A stretch of DNA of 64,000 nt from Diplonema japonicum. Taxonomy: Eukaryota > Protista > Euglenozoa: Diplonemea. This document shows positions 10,679 through 22,821 of the stretch, in pieces; position 1 is the first letter of the stretch, and every line of letters starts with the position of its first letter. The stretch is from assembly GCA_964019335.1 (NCBI GenBank), contig OZ025669.1, positions 496,001 through 560,000 on the forward strand, written 5' to 3'. Position numbers and translations under genes: made by a program. The notes beneath the pieces were generated by a model. The model was given only the letters and a program-made list of their open reading frames with translations. It was not told the origin of the DNA and did no database searches.

Positions 10679-12802
10679 CTAAAGTGCCTCGCCACTTGCA
10701 AAGCCACTCGAAGGCCATGAATCTACCTTTGTGAACATATCGGCTGTTAGATTGCCCCCAACAAGCTGCTCTGTCATGTCCTGGAGAACACGCCCCTGAG
10801 GCCATTCGCTGCTATCAGGTGGGAAGGAGGCAAACACACAGTGCTTCAAAGATGAGCCCCTGATACACAGCACAGTGATGGCACCCAGCTCAGCACCGAA
10901 GAAGGAGTGCCATTTCCCGCCACTTTTTTCCTGTTTTTTTTCTCCCCCCCCCCGTTTTCCATACCTCTGTGACATATGCAAGCGCCACTTGCCTTGGGAT
11001 TACCACCTTTGGTGTTCGGATTTTCCTGTTGAAAAAGATTGTGGAAAATAAAAAAAAAATAAAAATATATGATACCTTACATCCGCCTTCGTCGGCACCA
11101 GACACAGCAGGACAACACTTTGTTTGAAGTGATAGCTTGCCAACGGTGCCCATTTGTTGTCGTCTCCCATGCTCGGTGTGCCAGGGGTGCTGCGAGAAGG
11201 CGAGCGGGAAGGTTCGGTAGACGGCCTGCGATGTTCCCTGCCCTTCCGGCTGGCGGCGTTCGTTTCGTCTTGGTTCACTTTGGTGCAGACAAAGATCACG
11301 ACAAACACGAAGAAGATGGTTTCCGCGTTGCCGCCCTGCAGCTTGCGCATCCACCTCATGAATACCCTTTTATAGTCTGTAGGCGGGTGGCGCACGTCGT
11401 CCCCTTCCTGAGCTAGGGTTAGCTTGTAGCTGTCGGGACGGAGTTTTGTAGTGACATGCATGTGTTTAATGTCGTGAGTTGCTTTGTGAGCCCACTCAGA
11501 TGCTTCGCGCAGCTCATCCACAGTGGCCACCTGTTTGAACACAGTAGGGAGCTCACTATACTGTGTCGAGAAGATGATGACAGTAGGGTGGTCCAGCTCC
11601 GTCCACACGGACAGTGCGTGCAGTGTGTCGACCTGCGGCTCTATGTGCAACCATGCCCTCGAGGCCGTCCCGTACTTGTCCTTCCCGAACTCGTGTATAA
11701 AGGCGTCCTTCTCCTCCCAGCTCATCCCTACTGGCAGTGCTAGCAAGCTGCACACATTCCCCTCTCTCCCATTGCACCTCCCTTTCGACAGCTCCGTGAG
11801 TTTTGGCACAACATTCCAACAGTGCTTTTCTACAAATTTCTTTATCGAGTTGTACGGCTTCAGGCCGCCGCTCTTTTTCTTGACCACCCGTCCGTTGTCC
11901 AAGATCATCACCAGTGTCCTGCCCCATGACATGACGCCGTAACGCTCCTTGAGCACCTTGTGGTGTGTGCCCACACACGCGATGTCGACCACATCCTTGA
12001 ACTCCTTGTGGAAGCGCACCAGGTCCAGGGGGATGCCTTCGAACGTGCGGTCCGTCTCGCCCATTTCGGCAATGAAATAAAGCATTTTAGTGAGGTGCGG
12101 GCGGGATGCGAGGAAGGAGGTGATCGAGGTCTCGTCAACCCACGGAATGTAGTAAGGGTGCGTCTCAACATACGCCTCGAGAATAGCAGCAGCAGAAGGT
12201 GGGTGAGGGAGGTGGTGCACGGTCCCTTCATGGAAGAAAAGGACGGATGGGACACGTGAGACGGAATACTCTGCAGTGAGGCGGCGAGCAGTGGCGGTGT
12301 TGACCCTTCCAAAGGAAAGGAGACCTTCCATGTCCAACGCCAACTCGTCCCACGTATAAGCGAAGTTGTGGCAAGGGAGGCTGTGATCGCTGTAGAACCA
12401 CACCACCCATGTGCCCTCGCCCATGCGGTACTCCCAGTTATGACTGCCGAGCTCTGTGGTTGTGGAACGGATGCCACTACTCGTTCTGCCGGAGTTGCCG
12501 CCCATGAACCCCCACATTCCTTGGTTGTCGTACTGTTCCCGCGACGCTTCCTTCGACAGCACGTCGTACGCATTGCGCACCTTTTGGTAGACCTCCTTTG
12601 CCGACTCTTCCGTGTTGTGGTCAGGGTGGTACTGCTTCGACAGCCTCATGTACGCCTTCTTGATCTCCTTTTGCGTCGCACTCTTTTTCACGCCAAGGAC
12701 AGCGTAAAAATCGGTGTTCTGATCCCCCCCGTAGAAATTGGCGCTACCTACATCGGCGGCCCATCCGAGGATGAGTATGATCACCACGAAGGCCTTCAGC
12801 AT
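10679..12802 (-). CDS. ER DnaJ plus thioredoxin-like protein (DNAJC16/ERdj-like); introns 11026-11075 and 10931-10964
   Basis: Signal peptide MLKAFVVIILILG; J-domain DFYAVLGV...YHPDHN; Trx-like WVVWFYSDHSLPCHNFAYTW; TM segment IFFVFVVIFVC. Two GT-AG introns restore the frame to TAG at 10679. Confidence 0.8.
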
Positions 12803-12877
12803 CCTCTTGACCCCCTCCTGTGACAAAAAAAAATGGCGAGAAAATACAAAAAAAAAAAAAAAATTAAAAAGAAATTC

Positions 12878-13702
12878 TCAGCGGATCTTTCCCTGCACCA
12901 CCAATTGGATTTTAGGGACCATGTGCTCGTTGAAAAATGCATGTGCCTGGTCAAGACCGTGTTCGAGGTACACAGCAGCAAGGATTGCCTTCATACATGT
13001 CGAGTAGGTGCGGATCTTGACAGAGCGAGTGGTGGAGTGGGAGAGGTCGGCATCGGTGGGGTAGTTGCTGACAACATTCTTCCCGAGAGACGTGCCGTAA
13101 AAACAATGAGAATCCAGCTGCGTGGCGACGTCCAGCGATGTGAGGACGTAGCGAGAGGCTTTGGTGCTGCGGAAGACTTTCGAGATAACTTCATTGGTGG
13201 CGAGCTCTAGGGATGCTTCTAGAGATGTAAACTGCTCCCACCCGCATGACCTTGTCAGGAGATGGAGAAGCGAGGACCCCAACCCCGCAAGGCTCTCGTT
13301 GTTGACGTCTTGGTGGAACGAACTGTCGATGAGGGCGTACGGTATCTCGATCTTCTCGAAGTTTTTATACCCGAAACACTCCTCAATTGCTCGTTTTGCA
13401 TCCTGTGAGAAATCTTGTGGCAGCCACGCGCCTTCACCCCGTCCTACGTCTTCCATCGACTGGCTGTATTGTGGTATTAGCATTTCATCTGCCACCGCCG
13501 CCGCTTTTGTTAAATCCCTCATCCCCTGCACAACGGACGATGCTAGCCGTTTCTCTTCTCTGATCTCTCTCACAGGCGCAAACGATCTATTCCCATCTAT
13601 AACGCTTCTCCTCACCAGCTCCTTGATCGAGAGCTTGTCTTCCAACTTCCGATGCATTCTGATGCTTTTAAACTTTTTCAAGCATTGTTGCTTGGTCGAC
13701 AT
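12878..13702 (-). CDS. Catalytically inactive RNase III-domain protein (mitoribosomal mL44/mL57-like?)
   Basis: ALIDSSF..NNESLAGLGSSLL (cf. ALTH.S..NERLEFLGD) and MKAILAAVYLEHG (cf. FEAlIGAIYLD.G); acidic catalytic residues are absent. Confidence 0.65.
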   Translation of the reverse strand: MSTKQQCLKKFKSIRMHRKLEDKLSIKELVRRSVIDGNRSFAPVREIREEKRLASSVVQGMRDLTKAAAVADEMLIPQYSQSMEDVGRGEGAWLPQDFSQDAKRAIEECFGYKNFEKIEIPYALIDSSFHQDVNNESLAGLGSSLLHLLTRSCGWEQFTSLEASLELATNEVISKVFRSTKASRYVLTSLDVATQLDSHCFYGTSLGKNVVSNYPTDADLSHSTTRSVKIRTYSTCMKAILAAVYLEHGLDQAHAFFNEHMVPKIQLVVQGKIR

Positions 13703-13845
13703 TTTATTTTCCTTTTTTTTTTTTTTTTTTTTTTTTTTCCTTCCAACCTCTCTCACACCCTCCTATAAAATGTAGAGGCGGTGAAGGGAGGGGGGGAGGG
13801 GAGAAAAAGAGACTTTCATTCTTATTATTTTTTTTTCTTCTTCTC

Positions 13846-14508
13846 TTATGCGTGCAAAGGTTTGAGCCCGATCCTGTCGCGGATGGTGTTCGTGGCGGCG
13901 ATGGTAAGGTGGCAGTTCCATATCTTCCCCTCGAAGTCGGGTTCGATAATGGTACCGGTGCCGCTGTCACGGTAGATGGCGGCCTGTACAGGCTTGGTTT
14001 CCTGGCCGGATTTCTTTTTGTTGAGGAATAGGTCGTCCCAAGCTGATTTGGCACGCACTTTCCCGATCCCGATTCGAGTGTCGATTTTGAGATCTTGCGT
14101 TGCTTTTGACACGCTGTTAGCGAGCTTCTCTGGCTCAAATTGCTGCTCCCGTGGTCCAGATGCCTGTGTTGTGGAGGGGTTGTTCGCATCTTCTCCCTCA
14201 GTGCTGTCGTATAGCGGCTTCATTCCTAACTTTATCCGGAGCGCGTTGGTTGCGTCTACCGATAAAGACTCGTTGAAATCCTTCGTTTCGTTGTTACTCT
14301 CTGCCGGCTTGTCGGACACTGTAGTTCCGTGGAGTGGTGCCATCCCCAGCTTCACCCTTAGAGCGTTTGTCGCATCTACAGATAGGACCTCGTTGAAGTC
14401 GGGCTGCTTTGCGACTTTTCTCCGCTTATTGTTAGTTTGCTCTTCCCTGCTGGACCCCGATTCACTGTCGCTTTCTTCGTTGCTCGCAAGGGACGGGCTG
14501 CGGCCCAT
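13846..14508 (-). CDS. Small protein with three HIND (Hub1-interaction, SART1/Snu66-type) motifs
   Basis: LSVDATNALRVKLGMAPL, LSVDATNALRIKLGMKPL and LTIAATNTIRDRIGLKPL match the HIND pattern LSIEETNxLRxKLGLKPL; KRRK NLS-like motif near the N-terminus. Confidence 0.8.
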   Translation of the reverse strand: MGRSPSLASNEESDSESGSSREEQTNNKRRKVAKQPDFNEVLSVDATNALRVKLGMAPLHGTTVSDKPAESNNETKDFNESLSVDATNALRIKLGMKPLYDSTEGEDANNPSTTQASGPREQQFEPEKLANSVSKATQDLKIDTRIGIGKVRAKSAWDDLFLNKKKSGQETKPVQAAIYRDSGTGTIIEPDFEGKIWNCHLTIAATNTIRDRIGLKPLHA

Positions 14509-14673
14509 TTTCTTTTTTTTAATATAGGGGACGGGGGTGGCACCCTTTTTATTTTTTCGTAGAGAAAACAAACAAAAAAAAAAAAAGGGATACAAGGCAG
14601 AAAAAAAAATGCCTCTCCCATTCTATAGCAATTTTTTTGTGCTGACCTCCTTTTCTCTTTTTTTTTCTTCAGG

Positions 14674-14704
<31 letters not shown>

Positions 14705-15472
14705 AATTGAAGAAAAGCGAAAGCTTGATAATTCTTTCAATGTCGCAGAGAAGTGCTCACTGCAAAACCTTGGGGGGGGGGGGGGGGGGGGGGAGATGTC
14801 TTTGAAGGAACCTGCAGTGTGACAGGATAGCCCTCTTTTTTTCCTTGGATATCGACAGTAGGCAAAAGAGAATTCTTTGGCCCTTGTTACTTCTTTTTTT
14901 TAAAAAAAAAAAAAACAAAATGGGGCTTTGGTTGCAACACTATTGGCGTTAAGTGTGCGGCGTGGTGGAGGGTCTATCTTGTGTTGTTACCCTTCTGCGT
15001 CGCTGCATTTTTATCGGCAGATGGTGGGGATTCTTCGGGTTCGGGGTCGGTCGGCACAAACTTGTGCGAGTCGCTGTTCGAGGATGAAGCGCACCTTGTC
15101 GCGCGATGCGAATGTAGGTCTGCAGGAATACCCTCGGACCTGTTTGTTTGCACCAATGGGGTTTTCCGGGGATAGGGGGGGGGGGGGGGGGGGGCAGTAC
15201 TCTAGCTAGCCGGTTTGCACGCTTGCGTACGTCAGCCGTATCTTCCAAGATGAGCTGTTTGGTTCTGGTCTCAAACAAAAGAATAAAGACATATGGCACT
15301 GGACCGTGCAAGAAAGAAAGAAAAAAAGGATGATAAAATGGGAGATACGAGAACCGAAGGAGGAAAAAAAAAAAAAAATAACAAAGAACGAAAAAGAAGT
15401 TATTCACAAAACGAGTTGGGGGGGAAAAGAAATAACAAAAAAGAATGAAATGAAGAAAACGGAACACCCCCC

Positions 15473-15503
<31 letters not shown>

Positions 15504-15727
15504 AAACCCCTTTTTTCTCTCTCTTTTACGAGCGAAACACGAATCTTTGAACTTTCATTTCTCCTCATCACACACAAAAGGGAAAACATACACTTATGTT
15601 ACAGGTTTTAAAAATAAATAAAAAAAAATATAAAAAACCCCCGAAAAAGAACACGTTATTCACACGGCAGTTTCTTCGTCTCATCCCCCCCCCCCCCCCC
15701 CCCCACTCACCCCTTTTTGTCTTTTCT

Positions 15728-17242
15728 TCAATCATCATTAAGTGCAACGGACTTGGCCGTCAAAATCGGGACAGGCCCCAGAGAAGGCGTGACAGAAACG
15801 CTACTCTGCTCGTTGCCTAAGGTGACAGAGACGTTGGACTGCTGATGGTATGACGAGTTGTATAGGCGCGGGGAGGTGCTGGTATGGACTGGGGTGCGAT
15901 AGTAGCCCGAATCCCTGTTAGCAGGCTGGTTGAAAGTGCCAGAACCTGTGTTTGGGACTTCTTGGCTACCATGGACTACTCTGTAGTAGTAGTCATATTT
16001 AGTATTCGGGTGGCTGACTTGACTTCCTATCGCCCCATATGTGGGTGCTGAATAAACATCTCTATGCAGCTTCCTGCTGATCCCCAGTTCGTGTAAGATG
16101 TTGTTCCCAAAGGCCATATCCACGATGAGCCATACCATCCACAGTAGGAGGCCTCTCACGATTGCCGCTACGCTAGCTGAGACGATCAGTGTGGCGGCCA
16201 CTGGGAAGTCTTTTTCCTTGACCCTTGAGTGGTCCGCCCCGCCGGTCTGCTCCAGAATGCTGAACACCAACAGCGTCACCTCCACACACCCCCCCAGGGT
16301 AAACAGAAAGACAAGAACCTTTTTTTTTTTTTTTTTTTTTTTTTTGACAAACTTTTAACCATGACATCCACTCGTTCTTGATGGCCCGTTTCAACGGTAC
16401 GGTGCACAGCCAAGGGAGCGTCATGCAGAAAATGATGTTGAGGATCATGAGGTACAGGGGCCAGCTGTGGGGTGGTTTTTTTTATATATTTTGTGTTGTT
16501 GTTGTTTCCCATACGTGACAAGCGTGACCGACAGCAGCCCGAGCATGAAACACGCGAAGAAATCGAGGCACAAAAGAGCAGAGAATTTTCGGTACGCGGT
16601 GTGCACCGCAAGGCGGTCCTGCCGCGCACCAAGCTCCCTGTACGGCTTCCACCCGAAGCCTTCCATGTGTGTGTACAGACCGCGGGCCAGAATGACGATG
16701 ATGATACAGGCAGTCCATTGGACTACAACCTCCCACACATCAAGGTTATAGCCGGTGATGCCTTGGTTCCAGTCGATAGTGACGAATGTGGACTCGACGG
16801 CAAAGAGAAGTATAGAGGCTACGAGGATGTACTCGTTTTGTGTATAAACAGCGTAGAAGGAGGAGAGGTACTGGAAGAACACATAAACACTGAGAAGTAG
16901 GCGGAAGATGTTTTCATCAGGGGAGCGCTTCCAGAAGAACAGACTTATGGTTCCAACGTCCGCGAGGAGCACGAAGAGTAAAAAGAATTTTGCGTTGAGG
17001 GGCATTTGGCCCAACACCTCCCGCATCCTTTTCGGTCTCGAGAAGAGCTCCTTCAAAAGTTCTACAAACTCCGCCCATTTGCCCTTGCTTTCAGCTTCTT
17101 CACAGTCATTTACTGTTCCTGGTAGGATTGTGCTACCTCTGACTAGACTGGATCTCTCCGGTGAGTTGGAAGATCCTTTTGTTGACACCCTTGCCTTCGG
17201 TGTCCCTTTCCCCATACTCCCTCCACCTCCACCTCCACTCAT
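15728..17242 (-). CDS. Multi-pass (~7 TM) membrane protein; introns 16465-16514 and 16319-16352
   Basis: Three ORF pieces join in frame through GT-AG introns (LVT|WPLYLM; SWLK|VLVFLF). Several hydrophobic helices; FGWKPYRELGA loop. Confidence 0.75.
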
Positions 17243-17990
17243 ATTCTTTTATGGGACAGGGGCACAAGGCGGACCCCTCCCTCCGCCTTCTGAAGTGAAA
17301 AATTAGGTTTTTTTTTTATAATAGAAAAAAAAAGGGGGAGGTGAAAAACTGGGTTCTTTTGAATAATTACAAAATAACAAGTAAGTGAAAGAAGAATGGA
17401 AGAGGGGCGAAATGGCTGTCCCTATAAGAATAGAGAGTGCATAGAGGCGAGAGAACAGGATACACAAAAAAAAAAAAGCACCACATGCTCTTTCTTTTTC
17501 TTTTTTTTTTTTCCTTCCATTTTTGTGCACAATAACATATAACGATAAAAAAAGAAAAAAAAGAGCTGGCTTAGCATTTTGAGCGCACACGGGTACAAAT
17601 CTTGTGATGAGTACTGCATGCTACCACTGCTCTTTTTTTTTTTTTTTTTAAATTCTTGCAAAGAAACTGAGCAGTACTTGTTAAATACAAAAAGAAGAAA
17701 AAAAAGAAGAAAATGGTGGAAAGGGTCATCCACACGTTCTTTTTTTTTCAAACAACAAAAAAGAAGAAGAAAAAACACGTAACTAACTAACTTACTAACT
17801 TTTTGGGTTCCTTTTTTTTTTCCCCCCTCTTTTTTTTTCTTTTTCTTTTTTACAGATTTCCATCTTTCACTCTTTTTTTATTCCCCGTGCCTATCGCAGC
17901 AGGGTTTTTTTTTTTTATTTTTATTTTTTTTTCTTTTTTTATTTCCCTTCGGACAAAAAAAAATCAACGCACGTGTCCCGAAGTTAGTTT

Positions 17991-18021
<31 letters not shown>

Positions 18022-18039
18022 CCTATCTGTTTCTTTTTT

Positions 18040-18990
18040 TCACTTCTCCCTGTTGGCTATCTCAGCTTTAAGCTCCTCCCGCAACGCCGTCTCGTAAGGA
18101 AGCGCTTCCGGCGAGAGGAAAACAGAGGAGAGAAACGCATTAGAAGCCACGGCATTTCGAAGATCCTTGAACTCACACTCACCCTTTTCGAACAGCGCAA
18201 GATCTTTAATACCAGACAAATGCCTCATCACAGACTCATGAAGACCGGGGGGAGGGGACACAAGGGAGCGGAAAATCGACTCCAGCTCGTAGATAGTCAC
18301 GATACCGCATATTGACTTCTCCTTGCGCATTACATCCCACGCCTCAGCCAGCTGTCCATATGGGTCTGTGTGTCCGGACTGTCTGTGAAGATACGAAAAA
18401 AATAATACGTACTCCACCTCGGCCATGTGAGTTGTCTCAAATGAGTCATAAAGACCGAGTAATGCTTTGGTCTCAAGGTGGCCTTTTAGGTTTTTCCGCA
18501 TTATTTCGACGAATTGTGACTTACCAATGGACCCGTCTTTCCGTATAGCTCTGAGGAAGTCTGTCTTGAGTTTTTCAATGTTACATTCTTTCAACCTGTG
18601 AATGACTGAGGACCTGCCTCGAACTGTACTTGAATACACAGATGTCACCACAGCAGGCGGCCGCCGAAGTGTGCTCTGCGGGATGTCGATTATACCAGGG
18701 CCCGTCACTGAAAGAGCAACGTTGCTTTTTCTTCGGGTTTCGAACATCGACAGCTCGTCCTTTACGTAATCACACATGTTGCATGATGGTGGGGTTGGTA
18801 TAGGGATATGTGCTGTATGTCTTGGTGCTGTGTGTGGTCTTGTCATGCCCACCTTCCTCTTTGCCGGTGTCACCTTGCCTTGCATAAAGAACATGTCCCA
18901 TTTCGGTGGTTTTGGCGTCCTCGCTGTGTTGGGTCTTTTCCATCCTCTTAAATCAGTAAACCCCCTTATCGGAGGTGCTTGCGCCTGCAT
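18040..18990 (-). CDS. Hypothetical protein with degenerate EF-hand-like region
   Basis: 316-aa ORF; KDGSIGKSQF, LYDSFETTHMAEVEYVLF and GIVTIYEL resemble degenerate EF-hands. Confidence 0.6.
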   Translation of the reverse strand: MQAQAPPIRGFTDLRGWKRPNTARTPKPPKWDMFFMQGKVTPAKRKVGMTRPHTAPRHTAHIPIPTPPSCNMCDYVKDELSMFETRRKSNVALSVTGPGIIDIPQSTLRRPPAVVTSVYSSTVRGRSSVIHRLKECNIEKLKTDFLRAIRKDGSIGKSQFVEIMRKNLKGHLETKALLGLYDSFETTHMAEVEYVLFFSYLHRQSGHTDPYGQLAEAWDVMRKEKSICGIVTIYELESIFRSLVSPPPGLHESVMRHLSGIKDLALFEKGECEFKDLRNAVASNAFLSSVFLSPEALPYETALREELKAEIANREK

Positions 18991-18992
18991 TA

Positions 18993-19032
<40 letters not shown>

Positions 19033-19156
19033 TGGAACCCAACTCCTGTTTTTTTTTTTTTTTTTTTTTTTTCTTGAAAAGAAAAAAAAGAAGGGGTAAA
19101 AAAAAAAACTATACTACCAATGTTGGAAAAGAGAGGTGTTTTTTTCAAAAGCACGA

Positions 19157-19187
<31 letters not shown>

Positions 19188-19195
19188 CTGTTGTG

Positions 19196-19423
19196 TTAAA
19201 GTGTGTATTCCGTTTTTAAGGGCGTGTCGCTTTCTCCCGACTCACTGCATATGACGAACTCATCGCTTTCTGTCGAATTCGATCCGTCTTCCTCGCTTTT
19301 CTCCTCGTTTTCTTCGCACTCTTCCTCGGCGTTTCCCTCCTCATTCCCGGCCCCAATGGTGATCGCTTCACCCAATCCGTGGCCCTCATCAGAGGATGCT
19401 TGCGACTGTCGTAGGCTTTCCTC

Positions 19424-19457
<34 letters not shown>

Positions 19458-22400
19458 CCCACTTTTATTTTTTTATATACTGTAAAACGAATAATGTCGG
19501 ACGGAAAAATTCCCGGACGGAAAAACTCCCGGACATTTTTCCGTCCGGGAGTTTTTCTGGGGAAAAGTCTTTTTTACGGAAGGGGGGTGGCAGCTCCTGC
19601 TTTTTTTCCCATACCGCCATGTTTGCCTGGAAGGGCTTTGCAGACTCGTATGCAGAGCCAAAATGTTTACCCTTCGTGGCAGTTTGAATTTTTTTTCCCT
19701 CCCTTTCAATGCACCAACAAACAGCACCCACAGGATCTTAACTTTCTTCAATCTCATAAACCCGTACTTCTTTCGTCAAATGACCAGTTCGACTACCCAA
19801 GGCACGTTGAGCAACTGGCTTGTGAAGCACCCAACTTTGGTTGCTGACACTTCCGACCAGCTCACCCCCCGAGAGGTGGAGGAGATAAACTCCTTACACG
19901 GGCCAAGAAGGCCAGAACAAACCCCTGAAAGCAGCTCCAGCTCCCGAAGGATACTAAAGCCCTTATTGGGCGATACGCTGCTACCCACGGCGTCGCGGCG
20001 GCCAGGTCGTGGTATCGCACGAAAGAGGGGGTAGAACTAGCAACGTCCAGTATTTCCGACTGGAAAAAAAACTTTGGGGGCTCTGTTGGGCCTGTTGCTG
20101 CCCCCTTTACCGTCGGTCGCAAACCTCTTCTGGCCGAGGCAGAGACTGCCAAGGTTTTTGCTTGGGTCGATAGGCAAAACGAACTTGGCGAGCCTATCTC
20201 AGCGCAACAAATATGCACCTATGCAGAAGGGCTGCTGCGCGCTAATCCAGCCCGAAAGACAGAGCTGGTAGACTTTGGTGGGGCACTGTCCTTTTCCACC
20301 AGCTGGGCTGACAAGCTTTGCAGCAGGAAAGGCTACAAAAGCCGCAGGCCCACCACCGGAAAACCTGGAAACGAGAAGGACAAAGAGAGGGCACGCTGTT
20401 TCGCCATGCAATTCAGGTCTGGGAAGAGGAGGAAGACGAGTACTCCCTATATGCCAGGCTTGCCCAGGACATGGAGCATGGACGTGTGGAAGTCATCGAC
20501 GTAGATGCATCTTCCGACACGACCACCGTGTCCGCCGCCTCGACGATAACCGAAGAAACCTTTTCCGTTTCTTCGGACTCGTCGGGAGATACCCAGTGGT
20601 TTGGTGGCGGTTTCTTCGCGCGGTTGCCGTTTGCAGCCCAGGCCAGTATGTAGGTGGTAGTGGACCAGGCCCCCTGACGACCTTACAGGAAAAACTCCCG
20701 GACGGAAAAACCCCCGGACGGAAAAACTCCCGGACACCAAAAAAACTCGGACATTTTTCCGTCCGGGAGTTTTTCGTTTTACAGTAAACAAACCTCCATT
20801 GATTCCACTATCTCGTACACAGACCGATCCTCCATAGGGAAAGTTGTTGTGGAGCTAGGCTCGCAGGCCTTCACGTACTCACCCAGCAAGGCATCGAAAC
20901 TGTTTGCTTCGATGCGGGCTATTGTGGCGCGGGACTGCTTCTCGTTGAAGAGATGGAAGCCACAGTAATTCTTGTAAAGGAACTGCAGTGTACCCATTCT
21001 ATAGAACGCTCTGCGGTTTGCCTCAACTATGCAGATGAGCCCCACCTTGGCGTCTACCAAGAGCTCCTCCCTGCCCCTCTGTTGCGCTGCTGCCAGCATC
21101 ACGAACCCCACTTCGAAGCCCGATTTCAAGTTGATCTTCAACTCCATAAAGCAGTCGGTGATTGTTTGGTTCATCTCGGTCTCTATGACCTCCCTCGCTT
21201 CCTCCTCTGCGACCTGCAGCATTGTCACAAAGCCCCTGTACCCGCTGAGGCAGATCGACTTCCTCCATGTCGTCTCTAGTGCAGCAACGACCCGTGTCTT
21301 GGTGGCCGTCTTGTTTTGTCGCATAACGCCCCATATTCTCCTCACACCTTCTTGCCAGCACTTTGTGATCGTGTGTCTCGACATCGTTTCCATTCCCGTG
21401 GTGCTTGCTGTTGCTATCCTCCGCCTCCCTATCGCTTCCGACGGTGCGAGTATCGACGCAATGGACACAGGCGGAGCTGGACACCTCCTCCCGTTCCGTT
21501 CTATTTCATTGTTGAGGGTTTCAATCACAGAACAGCCGCCTAGCTTGACAAGCAAGGATGTGGTTGGCATGCTGAACACAGTGGTCTGCTCGTCGTACTC
21601 GATGGCGTGCCGTGCGCACTGCTCCGACATGTCAATGGTGCGGAGGGTGCCGGAGGAGCAGCGGGAGAGGGCACCACGGCCTGCCCTCTGAAGCCGTGCG
21701 AGGGATACCTTGCTGGCTTTGCGCCGAGACCTTCGCCGCCACGCCCGTTGAATGACCTTCGCAAGATCGTCTTTTATGCGAGCACTAGGCGGGAGGTCGG
21801 GGATCGTGACTTCAATCGAATCAGGTGTTCCTAGAACATCAGGCTTTGTAGGTGTTAGTTCCTCGTCTACAGCGGACTTCAAAAGCTCTGCGATGGGGTC
21901 CGCATGGGGGCGGCGGTGCTTGTGTTTTACTTTCGGTTTGGGTTTTTTAGGAGGCTGAGGTGCAGGGGGGGCCGAAGGTGTCTTCTCCCCCATCCAATTC
22001 TTCTCCTTCGGCTTTGGCGGCCTCCGCCGAGAACGATGTTTCGCGGCTTTTGGTGGTCGGGGAGACGCAACCGAAGGGTCCTCTATCGTTAATTTACAAT
22101 CGTCAACACTCACACCGTTCACATTCTTCACACCTGTTTTGTTCAAAATACACAATTTCCCGTTCAGGTAGATTCTGTCTGGAGGGTGGGGCTGCTGCTT
22201 TGGTTGAGGGCGCTTCTTTTTCTTCACGGGTTTGGTCCATCCTGCCATGCTGCGCTGGCCTTCCTTGCTCGTTAGAAACAGCAAATAGTGGTACGGGGTT
22301 GCAAAGGGTCCTGTCTCGATGCCCTTCTTTAGTATCTCTGTCCGCTCGATTTCTTTTCTCGCCCGCTGTCGCATTTTTTTCCACGCGATGTCCAGGCCCT

Positions 22401-22602
22401 CCGTCGCTGCCGCCGCCACCTGTTGCCGTAACCTCCTTGAGAAAAAACCATTCATATGCGGGTCCAGCTCCGAATCATAGAGGCTAAGACCACTGCTGTT
22501 CTTGCTGCTGGTCGACCCTGTAGCCGATGCATTCGTGAAGTTCGCTTCTTTCAGGTATTTGATGTAACCTGCCGCAAAGTCCTTATAGGAAGGAGCGGTC
22601 AT
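19196..22602 (-). CDS. Hypothetical IQ-motif protein; last exon 19196-19426 separated by transposon-containing intron 19427-20793
   Basis: Long ORF with IQ-like AKVIQRAWRRR. Donor GAG|GTTTGT at 20793 and acceptor A(n)AG|GAT at 19427 join an acidic last exon in frame. Start codon uncertain (22602 or 22734). Confidence 0.65.
19480..20784 (+). mobile_element. Internally deleted pogo/Tigger-like (Tc1/mariner superfamily) DNA transposon
   Basis: TA flanks at 19478-79 and 20785-86. TIRs CTGTAAAACGAA...CGGACGGAAAAAT at both ends; subterminal GGACGGAAAAAYYCCC repeats. Frameshifted + strand remnant KALIGRYAATHGVAAA..SSISDWKK / GRKPLL..ELVDFGGALSFSTSWA..KGYKSRRPTT (Brinker-like and CENP-B/Tc5 HTH); no DDD domain. 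Confidence 0.9.
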
Positions 22603-22821
22603 CGGTGCATGGTTTACTAATTTATCGACTCCCCCTTTCCGTTCTCTGGGGGGGGGGGGGGGGGGGGGGGTTCTATAGGAGGAGAAGAAAACATTAAAAA
22701 AACACCATTTGTTGTTCTTTTTTTTCCCATCCATTTTACTTTTTCATTTTATTTTTCTCCCTTCTCGTATCTCGCAAAAAAAGGGGGGGGAGAGGGAAAA
22801 AAAAAACAAAAAAAAAAAAAC

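Noticed and set aside
19499-20775. Short GGACGGAAAAACTCCC repeats suggestive of a CRISPR array or iterons
   Set aside because: No unique spacers and no cas genes; they are subterminal repeats of the pogo-like element.
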